Positions 27,112 through 37,798 of a DNA stretch of 64,000 nucleotides are shown in pieces (the stretch's first letter is position 1; each line of letters begins with the position of its first letter). A model generated the notes under the pieces. It searched no databases and had not been told where the DNA came from. It saw only the letters and a program-made list of their open reading frames with translations. Origin of the DNA: an uncultured virus (IMG/VR IMGVR_UViG_3300036770_002685) (taxonomy: Duplodnaviria > Heunggongvirae > Uroviricota > Caudoviricetes); the IMG/VR virus record IMGVR_UViG_3300036770_002685; one strand, written 5' to 3'. Made by a program: the position numbers and the translations under genes.

Positions 27112-27771
27112 ATGACTTACGACGAACTGGTTACTAACATACGAAATTACACGGAGGTCGGAAGCAACGTCTTCACGAACTCGGTGATTAATACGTTTAT
27201 CACCATGGCTGAGAACCGCATTCTTAGGGACATTGACTTGGATGTCTTTAAGAAAGAGGTTACTGGATCGATGACGTCGGGTAATAAGTTTTTGACTGCG
27301 CCTACTGATCTGTTGACGCACCGTTACATGATGATAACGAACGCGAGTGGTGAGCAGATTTTTCTAGGCTTCCGCGACACTTCGTTTATGAAGGAATACT
27401 GGGCGGATGGCTCGGATACGGGGACGCCCAAGTATTACTCGGTGTGGGATCAGAACACTTTCTATGTCGCACCTACGCCCAATGCGAGCTTTACGGTTGA
27501 GCTTGGATACATCTACCGTCCCGCGCAGTTGTCATCAACCAATACGGAAACTTGGGTGAGCATTAATGCGCCTGAGGCGCTTTTGTATGCGTGTTTGATA
27601 CAGGCGTACAGCTACACGAAGGGGCCTCCTGACATGTTGGCCTATTTCGACAACAGCTACAAGCAAGCATTGCAGGGTCTGGGCATTGAGCAGCAGGGTC
27701 GCCGTCGTCGTGACGAGTACAGAGACGGTATGGTTCGTTTGAGGGTTAAATCGGAGTCACCGGGACCATGA
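27112..27771 (+). CDS. Probable neck/adaptor protein
   Basis: FITMAENRI, GTPKYY, APTP, LLYACL. Confidence 0.65.
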   Translation: MTYDELVTNIRNYTEVGSNVFTNSVINTFITMAENRILRDIDLDVFKKEVTGSMTSGNKFLTAPTDLLTHRYMMITNASGEQIFLGFRDTSFMKEYWADGSDTGTPKYYSVWDQNTFYVAPTPNASFTVELGYIYRPAQLSSTNTETWVSINAPEALLYACLIQAYSYTKGPPDMLAYFDNSYKQALQGLGIEQQGRRRRDEYRDGMVRLRVKSESPGP

Positions 27772-28055
27772 TGAGTGCAGGCGGAGGCGTTTTACTCGGC
27801 GAAATAAAGGCGGTTTCTGTTTCCGGGCGGGGGTTTACCCCGGAGGAAGTAGCGGAAATGGCTTTGGAGAAGATTGTTTATATCGGAGAGGGTTCGCATC
27901 CGGTCATACGTGATCAGGCGGAGGCTTTCCGTACTCAGATTCGTGCGGTACTTGTACGATACATGCGTCAAGCGGTAACTTCGCATAACACAACCCTTGC
28001 AAATCGTTTACGCGAGGCGGGGCATCCCGAATTGGTAAAACTCTTGGAGAACTGA
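27768..28055 (+). CDS. Hypothetical protein
   Basis: GRGFTPEEVAE...IRDQAEAFR; coupled ORF. Confidence 0.65.
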   Translation: MMSAGGGVLLGEIKAVSVSGRGFTPEEVAEMALEKIVYIGEGSHPVIRDQAEAFRTQIRAVLVRYMRQAVTSHNTTLANRLREAGHPELVKLLEN

Positions 28056-28056
28056 C

Positions 28057-28518
28057 ATGGCAGGATTTACAACAGCAATGCCAACGTCTTTCAAGGTAGA
28101 AATCTTGAAGGCTGTGCATAACTTTACGGCGTCTACGGGCAATACTTTTAAGATCGCTTTAGGCAAGGCTACCGCGTCGGTCACAGGCACTTATGGTGCG
28201 GCGACGACCAGCTACACCGATTTGACGGGTAATTCGGATGAGCTTGCCAACGGCAATGGCTACACGACCGGGGGTAACACGCTAACGTCTGTTACGCCTG
28301 TGGCGGATGGCACCACAGCGGTCTGTGATTTTGACAACACGACTTGGTCGGCTGCGACGTTCACAACTTCTGGCGCGATCATTTATAACGACACGGCTAC
28401 CGGCGATCCAGCATGTGCGGTGTTGGATTTTGGTGGCGATCAGCAGGTAAGTTCAGGGGACTTTCAGATTCAATTCCCCGCAGCGGCTGCGGCAACGGCA
28501 ATTATTCGGATTGCTTAA
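28057..28518 (+). CDS. Probable tail/virion structural protein
   Basis: NGYTTGG...GAIIYNDT...VLDFGGD...FQIQFP. Confidence 0.65.
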   Translation: MAGFTTAMPTSFKVEILKAVHNFTASTGNTFKIALGKATASVTGTYGAATTSYTDLTGNSDELANGNGYTTGGNTLTSVTPVADGTTAVCDFDNTTWSAATFTTSGAIIYNDTATGDPACAVLDFGGDQQVSSGDFQIQFPAAAAATAIIRIA

Positions 28519-28530
28519 TAGGAAGACGAT

Positions 28531-29262
28531 GTGGCTGACTATGTCGGATGGGGTTCGGGCCCGTGGAGCCGTGGCTCTTGGGGCCTTGATCTTGATGAGC
28601 TAGCGGTAACCGGTGTCTCTGGCACCGGTGCTGTAGGCACAGTCAGCTTTGCTATATCGATTGTACCGACGGGTGTTGATGGAACGGGTTTAATCGGTGG
28701 TTTCGTTGTACAGGTTGACGACGTCGTTGTCCCGAACGGTGTTGAAGCAACAGGTGCGGTAGGTACGGTTGGTATTTACACGTTCCAGTCGTATACGGTT
28801 TCTGGTGTTGAAGGAACTGGAGCGGTAGGGGATACTGTACCCAATGTGCTCTTTACGGTTAGTGGTATCAGTGGTACGGGTGCGGTTGAGCCGGTCGCAC
28901 TGCAGATTGACAGTAATGTCACGATAACTGGGGTAGCGGGAGACAGTTTTGTTGGTGTTGTTACGCTGCAGTTTGACGCTAATGTTAGTGTTACTGGCGT
29001 AAGTGGCATAGGTGCGATTGGCACGGTAACCACAGAGACTGACGATGCGGTTCTAGTTACGGGCGTATCGGGAATAGGACAGCTTGGCGTTGTCTCGATT
29101 GAGATTGATGATAGCAAGTTAGTTACAGGCGTTCAGGGCACGGGCGCGGTAGGGACGGTTCTAATACGCGGTTGGACGGTTGTAGATGATTCTCAAACCA
29201 TAAATTGGGTTGCGGTCAATGATGCGCAGAGCATTACTTGGGTAGAAGTGGACGCGGCTTAA
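28531..29262 (+). CDS. Repetitive virion fibre-associated protein
   Basis: Many VTGVSGxGAVGxV-type repeats; GWGSGPWSRGSWG N-terminus. Confidence 0.7.
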   Translation: MADYVGWGSGPWSRGSWGLDLDELAVTGVSGTGAVGTVSFAISIVPTGVDGTGLIGGFVVQVDDVVVPNGVEATGAVGTVGIYTFQSYTVSGVEGTGAVGDTVPNVLFTVSGISGTGAVEPVALQIDSNVTITGVAGDSFVGVVTLQFDANVSVTGVSGIGAIGTVTTETDDAVLVTGVSGIGQLGVVSIEIDDSKLVTGVQGTGAVGTVLIRGWTVVDDSQTINWVAVNDAQSITWVEVDAA

Positions 29263-29274
29263 TAGGGGTAAAAA

Positions 29275-30621
29275 ATGGCAAGTACATATAGTGATTTAAA
29301 GTTTGAACTGATTGCCACAGGAGAGCAGTCAGGCACTTGGGGCACTACGACCAATACCAACTTAGGCACTGCGATAGAACAGGCGATCACTGGTAGTGTT
29401 GATATTACGTTTGCGAGTGCTGATGTCACGTTAACGCTTACTGATACTAATGCTGCACAGAACGCTCGTGCTTTGCGTTTAAATCTGACGGGTACTTCGG
29501 GCGGCGCAAGAAATCTGATCGTACCGGCGATTGAGAAGCAGTACATCGTCAGCAATGGATTGGCAGACGCTGTCACTGTTAAAAACTCTACGGGCACCGG
29601 TATCGCGGTCCCTGCGGGCAAGACAATGGTGGTGTTCAATGACGCAACCAACGTGGTTGATGTGACGACCTATGCGTCTTCTCTGACACTGGGCACTGCG
29701 TTGCCGATCACTTCTGGTGGTACAGGAACAACTTCGACGACGTTTGTAAATCTTGCTTCGAACGTAACAGGCACGTTGCCGGTAGTAAACGGTGGCACCG
29801 GGCAAACCACATACACCGACGGGCAGCTTTTAATTGGTAACAGCACGGGTAACACCCTAGCTAAGTCCACGTTGACCGCAGGCTCTGGTGTAACAATCAC
29901 TAATGGTTCAGGGTCGATTACGATTTCTGCGACAGGATCGGGTGGTGATGCTGTCTTAGCAAACAATAACGCCTTTACTGGTGCGAATACGTTCTACAAC
30001 AATACCGGTCAAACTATTGGAACAGGCACATCGACGCAAGACGGATTGATTCTGGCAGGTCGAGCTGGTGGTAGTTCTTCGTATCGCGTGACATTACAGC
30101 CCACTACTTTAACTGCAAGTAGAACGCTAACCCTGCCAAACGTCACAGATACCATAGCGACAATTGGGTCGCCTCAAACATTCACAGCGTTACAAACTTT
30201 CTCGGGCGCATCCAGTACCCTGTCGTCAAAGTTTCTAAACGCACTTGAAGCTATTACGGTATCTGCTACTGGGGCGACTGGAACGATTAACTATGATGTC
30301 ACTACCCAATCAATCATTTACTATACGACTGATGCTGCCGCAAACTGGACGGTAAACTTTAGAGCAAGTAGCGGCACATCATTAGATTCTGCGATGTCAA
30401 CTGGTGAAAGCATCACATTGGCTTTTCTGGTGACGCAGGGGGCTACGCCGTATTACAACAATGCGGTTCAAATTGATGGCAACGCAGTTACCCCTAAATG
30501 GCAAGGTGGGACAGCCCCAACAAGTGGTAATGCTTCAAGCATAGATGCCTACGTTTACTCTATCGTAAAGACGGGCGCTGCCACGTTTACTGTATTTGCT
30601 TCTCAAACTAAGTTTGCGTAA
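29275..30621 (+). CDS. Tail fibre protein
   Basis: GEQSGTWGTTTNTN N-terminus; LPxxxGGTG repeats; C-terminal KWQGGTAPT...IDAYVY. Confidence 0.75.
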   Translation: MASTYSDLKFELIATGEQSGTWGTTTNTNLGTAIEQAITGSVDITFASADVTLTLTDTNAAQNARALRLNLTGTSGGARNLIVPAIEKQYIVSNGLADAVTVKNSTGTGIAVPAGKTMVVFNDATNVVDVTTYASSLTLGTALPITSGGTGTTSTTFVNLASNVTGTLPVVNGGTGQTTYTDGQLLIGNSTGNTLAKSTLTAGSGVTITNGSGSITISATGSGGDAVLANNNAFTGANTFYNNTGQTIGTGTSTQDGLILAGRAGGSSSYRVTLQPTTLTASRTLTLPNVTDTIATIGSPQTFTALQTFSGASSTLSSKFLNALEAITVSATGATGTINYDVTTQSIIYYTTDAAANWTVNFRASSGTSLDSAMSTGESITLAFLVTQGATPYYNNAVQIDGNAVTPKWQGGTAPTSGNASSIDAYVYSIVKTGAATFTVFASQTKFA

Positions 30622-30630
30622 GAGGAAATA

Positions 30631-33600
30631 ATGCCTATTGTCTCGCGTTTGGCTGCAATGACCTCGCGTGCGTGGGGTCAGTTTAAGGTTACCGCTGCGT
30701 CGTTAGCTGGTAATTATTTATATGTGTGGGGACAAAATAGCTCGGCTGGGAATTTAGGTATTGGTTTGATTTCGGGAAGCGCAGTTGCTCGTAGCTCACC
30801 TGTGGCGGTTGCTATAAACAAAACTTTTGTTGAGGTCGGAGCTAATAGTCATGTCGTAGCGGTTGATTCTTCTGGGCAGCTATGGGCATGGGGGCCAAAT
30901 AGCGTAGGTCAACTTGGGGATGGAACTACTACTGCAAAATCCTCTCCAGTTCAAATTGGAACGCTTACTGATTGGGATCAAATAGAGGTTGCTACACAAT
31001 CAGTTTTGGCAATTAAAACAGATAACAGTTTGTGGGCGTGGGGCGCAAACGGTAGCGGTAGATTAGGAGATGGAACCAGTATTAACAAATCCTCTCCAGT
31101 TCAGATTGGGACGCTTACTGATTGGAGTATTGTTGGGATGGCGTTGGGTAATGCGGCGGCTGTCAAAACAGATGGTACTTTATGGGTTTGGGGAGCAGCA
31201 TCAAGTGGCGCTCTTGGAAATGGAACAACTACTCCAAATGTATCATCTCCCATTCAAGTAGGAACACTAGCAACATGGAGCACAGCCTCTGCGGGGAATA
31301 GTTTTGCTCATGCTATTTCAAATACGGGGAATTTGTGGGGCTGGGGAATAAACACTAGTGGGCAACTCGGGGACGGTACAGCCACGAACAAATCCTCTCC
31401 AGTGCAGATTGGGGCGCTATCGGATTGGAGCGTCATTTCTGCTGGTTCTCTGTCTTGGTTGGCTATAAAAACAGATGGGACGCTTTGGTCTTGTGGATCA
31501 AATATTTATGGGCAGATTGGTGACGGCACAACAACAAACAGATCGTCGCCAGTGCAAATTGGCACTTTGAATACTTGGGTTGAAATTGACATCAATGCAG
31601 AATCTTGTTCTGCCAGAAGGTCAGATGGAACAGTTTGGGTTTGGGGGAGAAATGGGTCTGGTCAACTCGGTTTAAGTGATAGCGCAAACCGTAGTAGTCC
31701 TACTCAACTTGGGACTCGGTCTGATTATACAAAAATTTCAGTGGGAACAGCTTCTTCACTATTTGTAACAAGTGATAATTACAACTGGTCAGCATTTGTT
31801 AATACGGCTAGTGGGCAAATTGGCGCTTCTAGTAACAATACTCCTCTGCCCGTAGCAACACTAACAACAAAGTATGCCGATGTTCAGCGTACTGACAATC
31901 AAATGACCGCTGTTTCTACAGACGGTAAGTTATGGACTTGGGGATTGAATAATGCAGGTCAACTGGGTAATGGCACAACAAATAATGAGTCTTTGCCAAC
32001 TCAAGTTGGAACGCTAACGACTTGGGCGTCAACTACAAAGTTTGGTCAGTCTACACCCGGAGCAATTAAATCAGACGGTACGTTGTGGACATGGGGCTAC
32101 AACAATCAAGGAAACTTAGGCAATAGCACTTGGGGAACGGCAGACCAATATTTATACTTCCCAACCCCTTTTACAGACAGGCAATACTCCGATTTTAGTT
32201 ATGGCACTGCTGCCTACTTCATTTCGAATGGCGCTTTGTATGCGTGTGGCAACAATAACTATTACGAAGTTGGTGATGGCACAACCGTATGGAGAAGCTC
32301 ACCCGTTCAAATAGGCACTCAGACTGATTGGTCAAAGGTGTCTGCGGGTAGTCAATTTGGGCTTGCGATAAAAACGGATGGGACTTTGTGGTCATGGGGT
32401 ATTGAGGCTGGTTTGGTTCAAGGCCCAGAGGTTACAAACCTTGCAAACACTGTATCGTTCTCCTCTCCAGTTTTAATCCCTATTACTTTTGGAAGTTTGC
32501 CAGAAGGAGTTTCATACTTCAATGCGCTTGCCCTTTCCATAAACAACTACATGTTTGCTTGGGGTAGAAATTCAGAATACGAATGTGGTGACGGAACTCT
32601 TACAAAAGTCACTGCCCCAAAAATGATTGGTACATTAACATGGTCACAAACGTCTAGTGGAAACTACCATTCTCTCGCAATTGGGTCAGACAACACGTTA
32701 TGGGCTTGGGGATATAACAATTCCGGTCAACTAGGACTTAACGACACAGACTCAAGATCATTCCCTGTACAAGTTGGAACGCTTTCAGATTACTCAAAAA
32801 TAGCTGGCGGAAGAACGACAAGTTATTTTATTAGAAGTGGTCAGCTTTGGGCTACTGGAGCAAATAATCTTGGACAATTAGGAGATGGGACTACCACTAA
32901 TAGATCATCCCCCGTTCAAATTGGAACATTAAATAATTGGAGTCAAGTTTTTGCTACTGAAGACTGGACTACTTTTGCTATAAAAACCGATGGTACGTTA
33001 TGGGCTTGGGGTAGCAATAATTACGGGCAGATTGGAGATAACACTTCAACTAATAGATCATCTCCAGTTCAAATTGGAACCCTTACAACGTGGGCTACCG
33101 TTTCTAACGGTGGATATAGTGCGCTTGCAGTCAAAAATGATGGAACATTGTGGGCTTGGGGGTATAACGGTAGTGGTCAGCTAGGTGATGGCACTATAAC
33201 GAGTAAATCTTCACCTGTTCAAATTGGCACTCTGACAAATTGGTCAAGGGCGTACTTGGGAACAAGTCACGCGGTTGCAGTAAAAACAGATGGAACCATT
33301 TGGTCTTGGGGAGGTGGTAGTTATGGACAATTAGGAACTGGAAGCACAGTAGCACGGTCTTCGCCAGTTCAAATTGGAACGCTCACCAATTGGACGCAGG
33401 CTGTCGCATCTAACCTTAGAAGTTTTTTCCTAAATACTTCTGGTGAAGTATGGGGTTGTGGGGATAATGTTGTTAGTACCGCTGGTGGCCCATATCCCGG
33501 TCTTGGCCTTTCAGGTGGATTTTTTGCTCCTGTTCCACTTCAAGTTGGCACGGATAATACTTGGGCAGACATTTCGGCAGGTCAGCGGCACTCATTGCTT

Positions 33601-35025
33601 CGTAAAAACGATAAATCGCTATGGTCGGCTGGCGGAAATCAGTACGGGCAACTAGGACAGGGAGATACTGTAAGTAATTATCGTCTGCGTCAGGTTGGCA
33701 CATTAACTAACTGGGACAAACTTGCGGCATCGGGCGGCGCATCCGGCTCTGATGGTTCTTCTTTTGCTATTAAAGACGACAATACTTTGTGGTCTTGGGG
33801 GATGAATACTAATGGTGTTTTAGGTTTAGGAGATACGACAGATAGAAGTAGCCCAGTCCAAATTGGAACGCTATCAAATTGGTCTAAGATAAAACTAGCA
33901 AGTGATGCTGCCGGTGCGATTAATGCCATCAAAACAGATGGTACTTTGTGGGCTTGGGGAAGAAATTCAGATGGTCAATTAGGGCTTAATGACACGACCT
34001 CTAGGTCATCCCCTGTTCAAGTTGGGACGCTTACTGATTGGGCTTATGCTTTTGGTGCATACCAAAACTCTTATTTTGTAAAAACAGACAACACTTTATG
34101 GGCAGTAGGTAAATATTACCAACTTGGCGATGGCACCACCGTAGATAAATCCTCCCCTGTTCAAATAGGCACGGGATATTCGGGTTTACTTGGAGGGTCG
34201 GCATCTGGTGATACTTCTTTTCAAAACATAGGTGTTGGTGTTGCACAGAAAACGGATAACACGATTGCCTCGTGGGGTTATGGCTATGCGGGGCCGAGTA
34301 ATAACTACAGTACACCTCCTGCGTATATTTATTCAACATCAATTTCATCTCCAGTGCAAATTGGCACGCTAACCAATTGGGTATCGGGTAATCTCAAAGA
34401 TGACGGTACTTTATGGACATGGGGTTTAAACCAAGATGGGCAGTTAGGTTTAGGAGATACTTTTACAAGGCTTTCTCCTACTCAAGTCGGCACGCTAACT
34501 GACTGGAGGTATATAGAGGCTTCCTACAATGCCAATGATGGATTTATGGGTGCGTTGCGTACAAACAATACCCTATGGATGTGGGGTAATGGAGTGGGAG
34601 GCCGACTTGGAAATGGTTCAACGGCTGCACAATCTGTTCCTGTTCAGGTTGGTACGTTAACGAATTGGAGCAATATTGCGCTTGGTAACTCACATACGGT
34701 TGCGGTTAAAACTGACGGTACATTATGGGCATGGGGGCTTGGCTCTTCTGGGCAAATTGGAAACGGAAGTACAGCATCTAGGTCTAGCCCAGTGCAAATT
34801 GGAACACTAACTAGCTGGGTAGATGTTTGGGCTACATCCACTACATCCTATGCCATAAAAAATGACGGAACTATTTGGGCATGGGGTCTTGGCACCAGTG
34901 GGCAACTTGGGGATGGCACAAATTCCAGTAAATCCTCTCCAGTGCAGACGGGAACTTTAACTACGTGGGCGGGTGGTATCAAAGGGCCGGGTAACTCATT
35001 TACTGGAGCATTCTCTACCGTATGA
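30631..35025 (+). CDS. RCC1-repeat beta-propeller protein, probable receptor-binding/tail appendage
   Basis: More than 20 repeats of LWxWGxNxxGQLGxG...SSPVQIGTLxxW; follows the tail fibre gene. Confidence 0.9.
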   Translation: MPIVSRLAAMTSRAWGQFKVTAASLAGNYLYVWGQNSSAGNLGIGLISGSAVARSSPVAVAINKTFVEVGANSHVVAVDSSGQLWAWGPNSVGQLGDGTTTAKSSPVQIGTLTDWDQIEVATQSVLAIKTDNSLWAWGANGSGRLGDGTSINKSSPVQIGTLTDWSIVGMALGNAAAVKTDGTLWVWGAASSGALGNGTTTPNVSSPIQVGTLATWSTASAGNSFAHAISNTGNLWGWGINTSGQLGDGTATNKSSPVQIGALSDWSVISAGSLSWLAIKTDGTLWSCGSNIYGQIGDGTTTNRSSPVQIGTLNTWVEIDINAESCSARRSDGTVWVWGRNGSGQLGLSDSANRSSPTQLGTRSDYTKISVGTASSLFVTSDNYNWSAFVNTASGQIGASSNNTPLPVATLTTKYADVQRTDNQMTAVSTDGKLWTWGLNNAGQLGNGTTNNESLPTQVGTLTTWASTTKFGQSTPGAIKSDGTLWTWGYNNQGNLGNSTWGTADQYLYFPTPFTDRQYSDFSYGTAAYFISNGALYACGNNNYYEVGDGTTVWRSSPVQIGTQTDWSKVSAGSQFGLAIKTDGTLWSWGIEAGLVQGPEVTNLANTVSFSSPVLIPITFGSLPEGVSYFNALALSINNYMFAWGRNSEYECGDGTLTKVTAPKMIGTLTWSQTSSGNYHSLAIGSDNTLWAWGYNNSGQLGLNDTDSRSFPVQVGTLSDYSKIAGGRTTSYFIRSGQLWATGANNLGQLGDGTTTNRSSPVQIGTLNNWSQVFATEDWTTFAIKTDGTLWAWGSNNYGQIGDNTSTNRSSPVQIGTLTTWATVSNGGYSALAVKNDGTLWAWGYNGSGQLGDGTITSKSSPVQIGTLTNWSRAYLGTSHAVAVKTDGTIWSWGGGSYGQLGTGSTVARSSPVQIGTLTNWTQAVASNLRSFFLNTSGEVWGCGDNVVSTAGGPYPGLGLSGGFFAPVPLQVGTDNTWADISAGQRHSLLRKNDKSLWSAGGNQYGQLGQGDTVSNYRLRQVGTLTNWDKLAASGGASGSDGSSFAIKDDNTLWSWGMNTNGVLGLGDTTDRSSPVQIGTLSNWSKIKLASDAAGAINAIKTDGTLWAWGRNSDGQLGLNDTTSRSSPVQVGTLTDWAYAFGAYQNSYFVKTDNTLWAVGKYYQLGDGTTVDKSSPVQIGTGYSGLLGGSASGDTSFQNIGVGVAQKTDNTIASWGYGYAGPSNNYSTPPAYIYSTSISSPVQIGTLTNWVSGNLKDDGTLWTWGLNQDGQLGLGDTFTRLSPTQVGTLTDWRYIEASYNANDGFMGALRTNNTLWMWGNGVGGRLGNGSTAAQSVPVQVGTLTNWSNIALGNSHTVAVKTDGTLWAWGLGSSGQIGNGSTASRSSPVQIGTLTSWVDVWATSTTSYAIKNDGTIWAWGLGTSGQLGDGTNSSKSSPVQTGTLTTWAGGIKGPGNSFTGAFSTV

Positions 35026-36035
35026 CAACAGAAACCACCGATCTTGCTTTAGAGGCAGCAATTCAAGGCCATCCAGACATAGCCGAAAACCTGTTGCGGG
35101 AGAAGCTGAAAGAGCACCCCAACGACCCTCGCATCATATTCAACCTTGGTTGGCATGACATGCGGCACGGTAAGCTGCGGCAAGGTTTCAACGGCATGAA
35201 TGCCGGGCGGTTCATCAATGTGTTTGGGTCACCTGCGCTGTCAGGGAAAATATGGGCAGGCGAGGATTTGCAGGGTAAGACCTTATTGTTCAGGTCTGAG
35301 GGCGGTCATGGCGACGAAATCATGAACGTCAGATTTGCTAGAGATTTTGAAGAGCTTGGCGCAAGAACGATTGTTTCCTGCCATCCAAGTTTGATGGGGT
35401 TCTTTTCTGACAATGGATTTACTACCGTATCCACGGCAGCGGCTGAACAAAACCTAGTCTATTACGATTACTGGGTGCCCGGTATGTCTGCTGGATACGC
35501 CATTGGATACGAATACGAAGACATGCAAGGCAAGCCCTATTTGACGGCACCCAAGCGCGATATGTATGAGCGTCCGGGCACGTTAAAAGTGGGCATCAAG
35601 TGGTCTGGCAATCCTCAGTTTGAGCACGAGCAGCACCGCAGGTTCGACCCTGAGATGTTAATCAATTTGCACACTATTCCGGGTGCAACCTTTTATGCGC
35701 TACAGCGGGATCACGACACAAAAGAGTTCCTCCCCTTTGGCGACTTAAAAGATCAGCTTGTAGACTGGAGGGCAACCGCCAGCATCTTATCTAGCTTGGA
35801 TTTGGTAATTACGTCTTGTACGTCGGTAGCTCACTGTGCAGCGGCGTTGGGGGTTGAGACTTGGGTAATCGTGCCTGCGCTCCCATATTACTGCTGGGCA
35901 TTGCCCGGCGATACATCACCTTGGTATGATTCAGTCCGCTTATTTAGGCAGAAGACCTATGGTGATTGGGAGCCTCCATTGCTTGCGGTAAGGCAGGCAT
36001 TAGAGGAAAGGTTGCAACTAAAACAAGCCGCATAA
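35022..36035 (+). CDS. TPR + GT-B glycosyltransferase (GT9/FlmG-like)
   Basis: TPR-like N-terminus; EGGHGDEI, VGIKWSGN, LDLVITSCTSVAHCAAALG, PWYDSVRLFRQ. Confidence 0.8.
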   Translation: MTTETTDLALEAAIQGHPDIAENLLREKLKEHPNDPRIIFNLGWHDMRHGKLRQGFNGMNAGRFINVFGSPALSGKIWAGEDLQGKTLLFRSEGGHGDEIMNVRFARDFEELGARTIVSCHPSLMGFFSDNGFTTVSTAAAEQNLVYYDYWVPGMSAGYAIGYEYEDMQGKPYLTAPKRDMYERPGTLKVGIKWSGNPQFEHEQHRRFDPEMLINLHTIPGATFYALQRDHDTKEFLPFGDLKDQLVDWRATASILSSLDLVITSCTSVAHCAAALGVETWVIVPALPYYCWALPGDTSPWYDSVRLFRQKTYGDWEPPLLAVRQALEERLQLKQAA

Positions 36036-36044
36036 GGAGCTGTT

Positions 36045-36440
36045 ATGAGAAATTCTTGGTGCAAAGTTGAAAATGGGGCTGTGGTTGATGGCCCTCGTGC
36101 GTGGAATAACAACACCCCGCCTGACAATACTTGGTTGCCTCACTTTTTAGAGGACACTGACAACACGGCATACGATCTGTTTGTTGGGTCTCATCATGAG
36201 GTTCGAGGGGATCAGGTGGTAGAGGTAAAAGACTATCGCCCTAAAACCCAAGACGAGATCAATGAAGAGTTGTCGCAAATTAAACGCATGGCTTCAGAGG
36301 CGATAGCTCTGTCAGACACAAAGATCGCTGAAGGTAACAACGTAGACGCTTGGGCTGAGTACAAGCAGGCTTGGTCTGCATACACTGACGTTACCACTTT
36401 GGACAATTCACGAGTATGGCCTACTGAACCTATGGAGTGA
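36045..36440 (+). CDS. Possible tail-fibre assembly protein
   Basis: C-terminal WAEYKQAW...WPTEP resembles fibre chaperones. Confidence 0.5.
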   Translation: MRNSWCKVENGAVVDGPRAWNNNTPPDNTWLPHFLEDTDNTAYDLFVGSHHEVRGDQVVEVKDYRPKTQDEINEELSQIKRMASEAIALSDTKIAEGNNVDAWAEYKQAWSAYTDVTTLDNSRVWPTEPME

Positions 36441-37798
36441 CAATGCACCTTCTTGTCGTGCTGCAAACACATTCAAAAGGAGATAGCCAGCACTATCTCA
36501 AAATGCACGAGATGAAGCGGTATTGTGGTGAAGATAAGCCGGAGGTGACACGACGATGTGTTGCCTCTCTTATCGACACGATGAACCACGCAAAGTCTAC
36601 GGTGCCAAACTTAGAAATAGAACTACAAGTATTTGACGATCATTCTGATGAAGAGTCAGTTGGCTACCTAAAAGCCAATTTGGAGAGAGCAAATTTCCCC
36701 GTACAGCTTGAGCATTTAGAAACATACGGCATCATGCCGTCTATTCTGCGTTGCTATGAGCATGGAAGAGATCACGGTAAAGAGTGGGTATATTTTGCCC
36801 AAGACGATTACCTTTACGACGAAACAGCTATCCATAAGATGCTGAAAGCATCGGTGGAGTTTAGCAATAACATGGGTCGTCCTGTCTCCATCTACCCCTT
36901 CAACGATCCTTATAAATACATGCCAGAGAATGTGGTCGTTCGTAGCCACATCGTTAGATCGTCTGACCGGCATTGGCGCACTCAAATCATGACGGCCTCG
37001 TGCTTCATGACTCATCTATCTGTCATCAAAACTGAGTGGCATTTGTTTGAGAAGATGGGTAAGTCGGAAGTGTCTGGCGTGATGGAAGATGAGTCTATCA
37101 ACCAGTTGTTCAGAAGCAGGGGGTACTACCTATTCGTTCCCATGCCTTCTTTGGCTTTGCACATGCAATACAGCACGGAGTACGATCCGTTCATTGACTG
37201 GCGTGCGTGGTGGGATAAGTACAACAAATCAGACAAGGCAAATATCAATAAAGCCCTAGATTCTGTTTTGAATATTGGGTCTGGGATGTCTTCTGTTCAA
37301 GACGTTCCATACGCTGATGACTTAAAGCACCTGCATGAGTACCGGCTCGACTTGGATAAGCAGTCTAACCCAGACATTGTTGCAGACATTACAGACCTTC
37401 GGTCAATTGAAGATGCTTCTGTAAATGCTATCTACGCCTCTCACTGCATAGAGCACGTTGACTATCATCTGGTAAAGACTTGCATCAAAGATATGCTGAG
37501 GATTACTAAGCCCGGCGGCAAGATTAGGATCATTGTCCCCAACTTAAAAATGCTGGCGGCAAAGATTGCTGATGGTGATCTGCTAGATACTTTGTACATG
37601 AGCGGTGAAGGCCCGATCAGTGCGTTGGATATTCTATATGGGCATCGAGCATCAGTGGCTGATGGCAAGGAAATGATGCGGCACAAGACAGGGTTTACCG
37701 CCAAGTCTATGGGCAGTCTCCTGCAAGAGCTTGGGCTTACGGACTATGTATTAGATGAGCCGGGGTTAGACCTTGTGGTGACAATAAATAAGCCATGA
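36437..37798 (+). CDS. GT-A (GT2-like) glycosyltransferase fused to a class I SAM methyltransferase
   Basis: FDDHS and YFAQDDY; then VLNIGSG, YASHCIEH, KPGGKIRIIVPN. Confidence 0.75.
   Translation: MTMHLLVVLQTHSKGDSQHYLKMHEMKRYCGEDKPEVTRRCVASLIDTMNHAKSTVPNLEIELQVFDDHSDEESVGYLKANLERANFPVQLEHLETYGIMPSILRCYEHGRDHGKEWVYFAQDDYLYDETAIHKMLKASVEFSNNMGRPVSIYPFNDPYKYMPENVVVRSHIVRSSDRHWRTQIMTASCFMTHLSVIKTEWHLFEKMGKSEVSGVMEDESINQLFRSRGYYLFVPMPSLALHMQYSTEYDPFIDWRAWWDKYNKSDKANINKALDSVLNIGSGMSSVQDVPYADDLKHLHEYRLDLDKQSNPDIVADITDLRSIEDASVNAIYASHCIEHVDYHLVKTCIKDMLRITKPGGKIRIIVPNLKMLAAKIADGDLLDTLYMSGEGPISALDILYGHRASVADGKEMMRHKTGFTAKSMGSLLQELGLTDYVLDEPGLDLVVTINKP

Noticed and set aside
30631..35025. Diversity-generating retroelement target
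   Set aside because: No reverse transcriptase and no template/variable repeat pair with adenine-specific differences was seen
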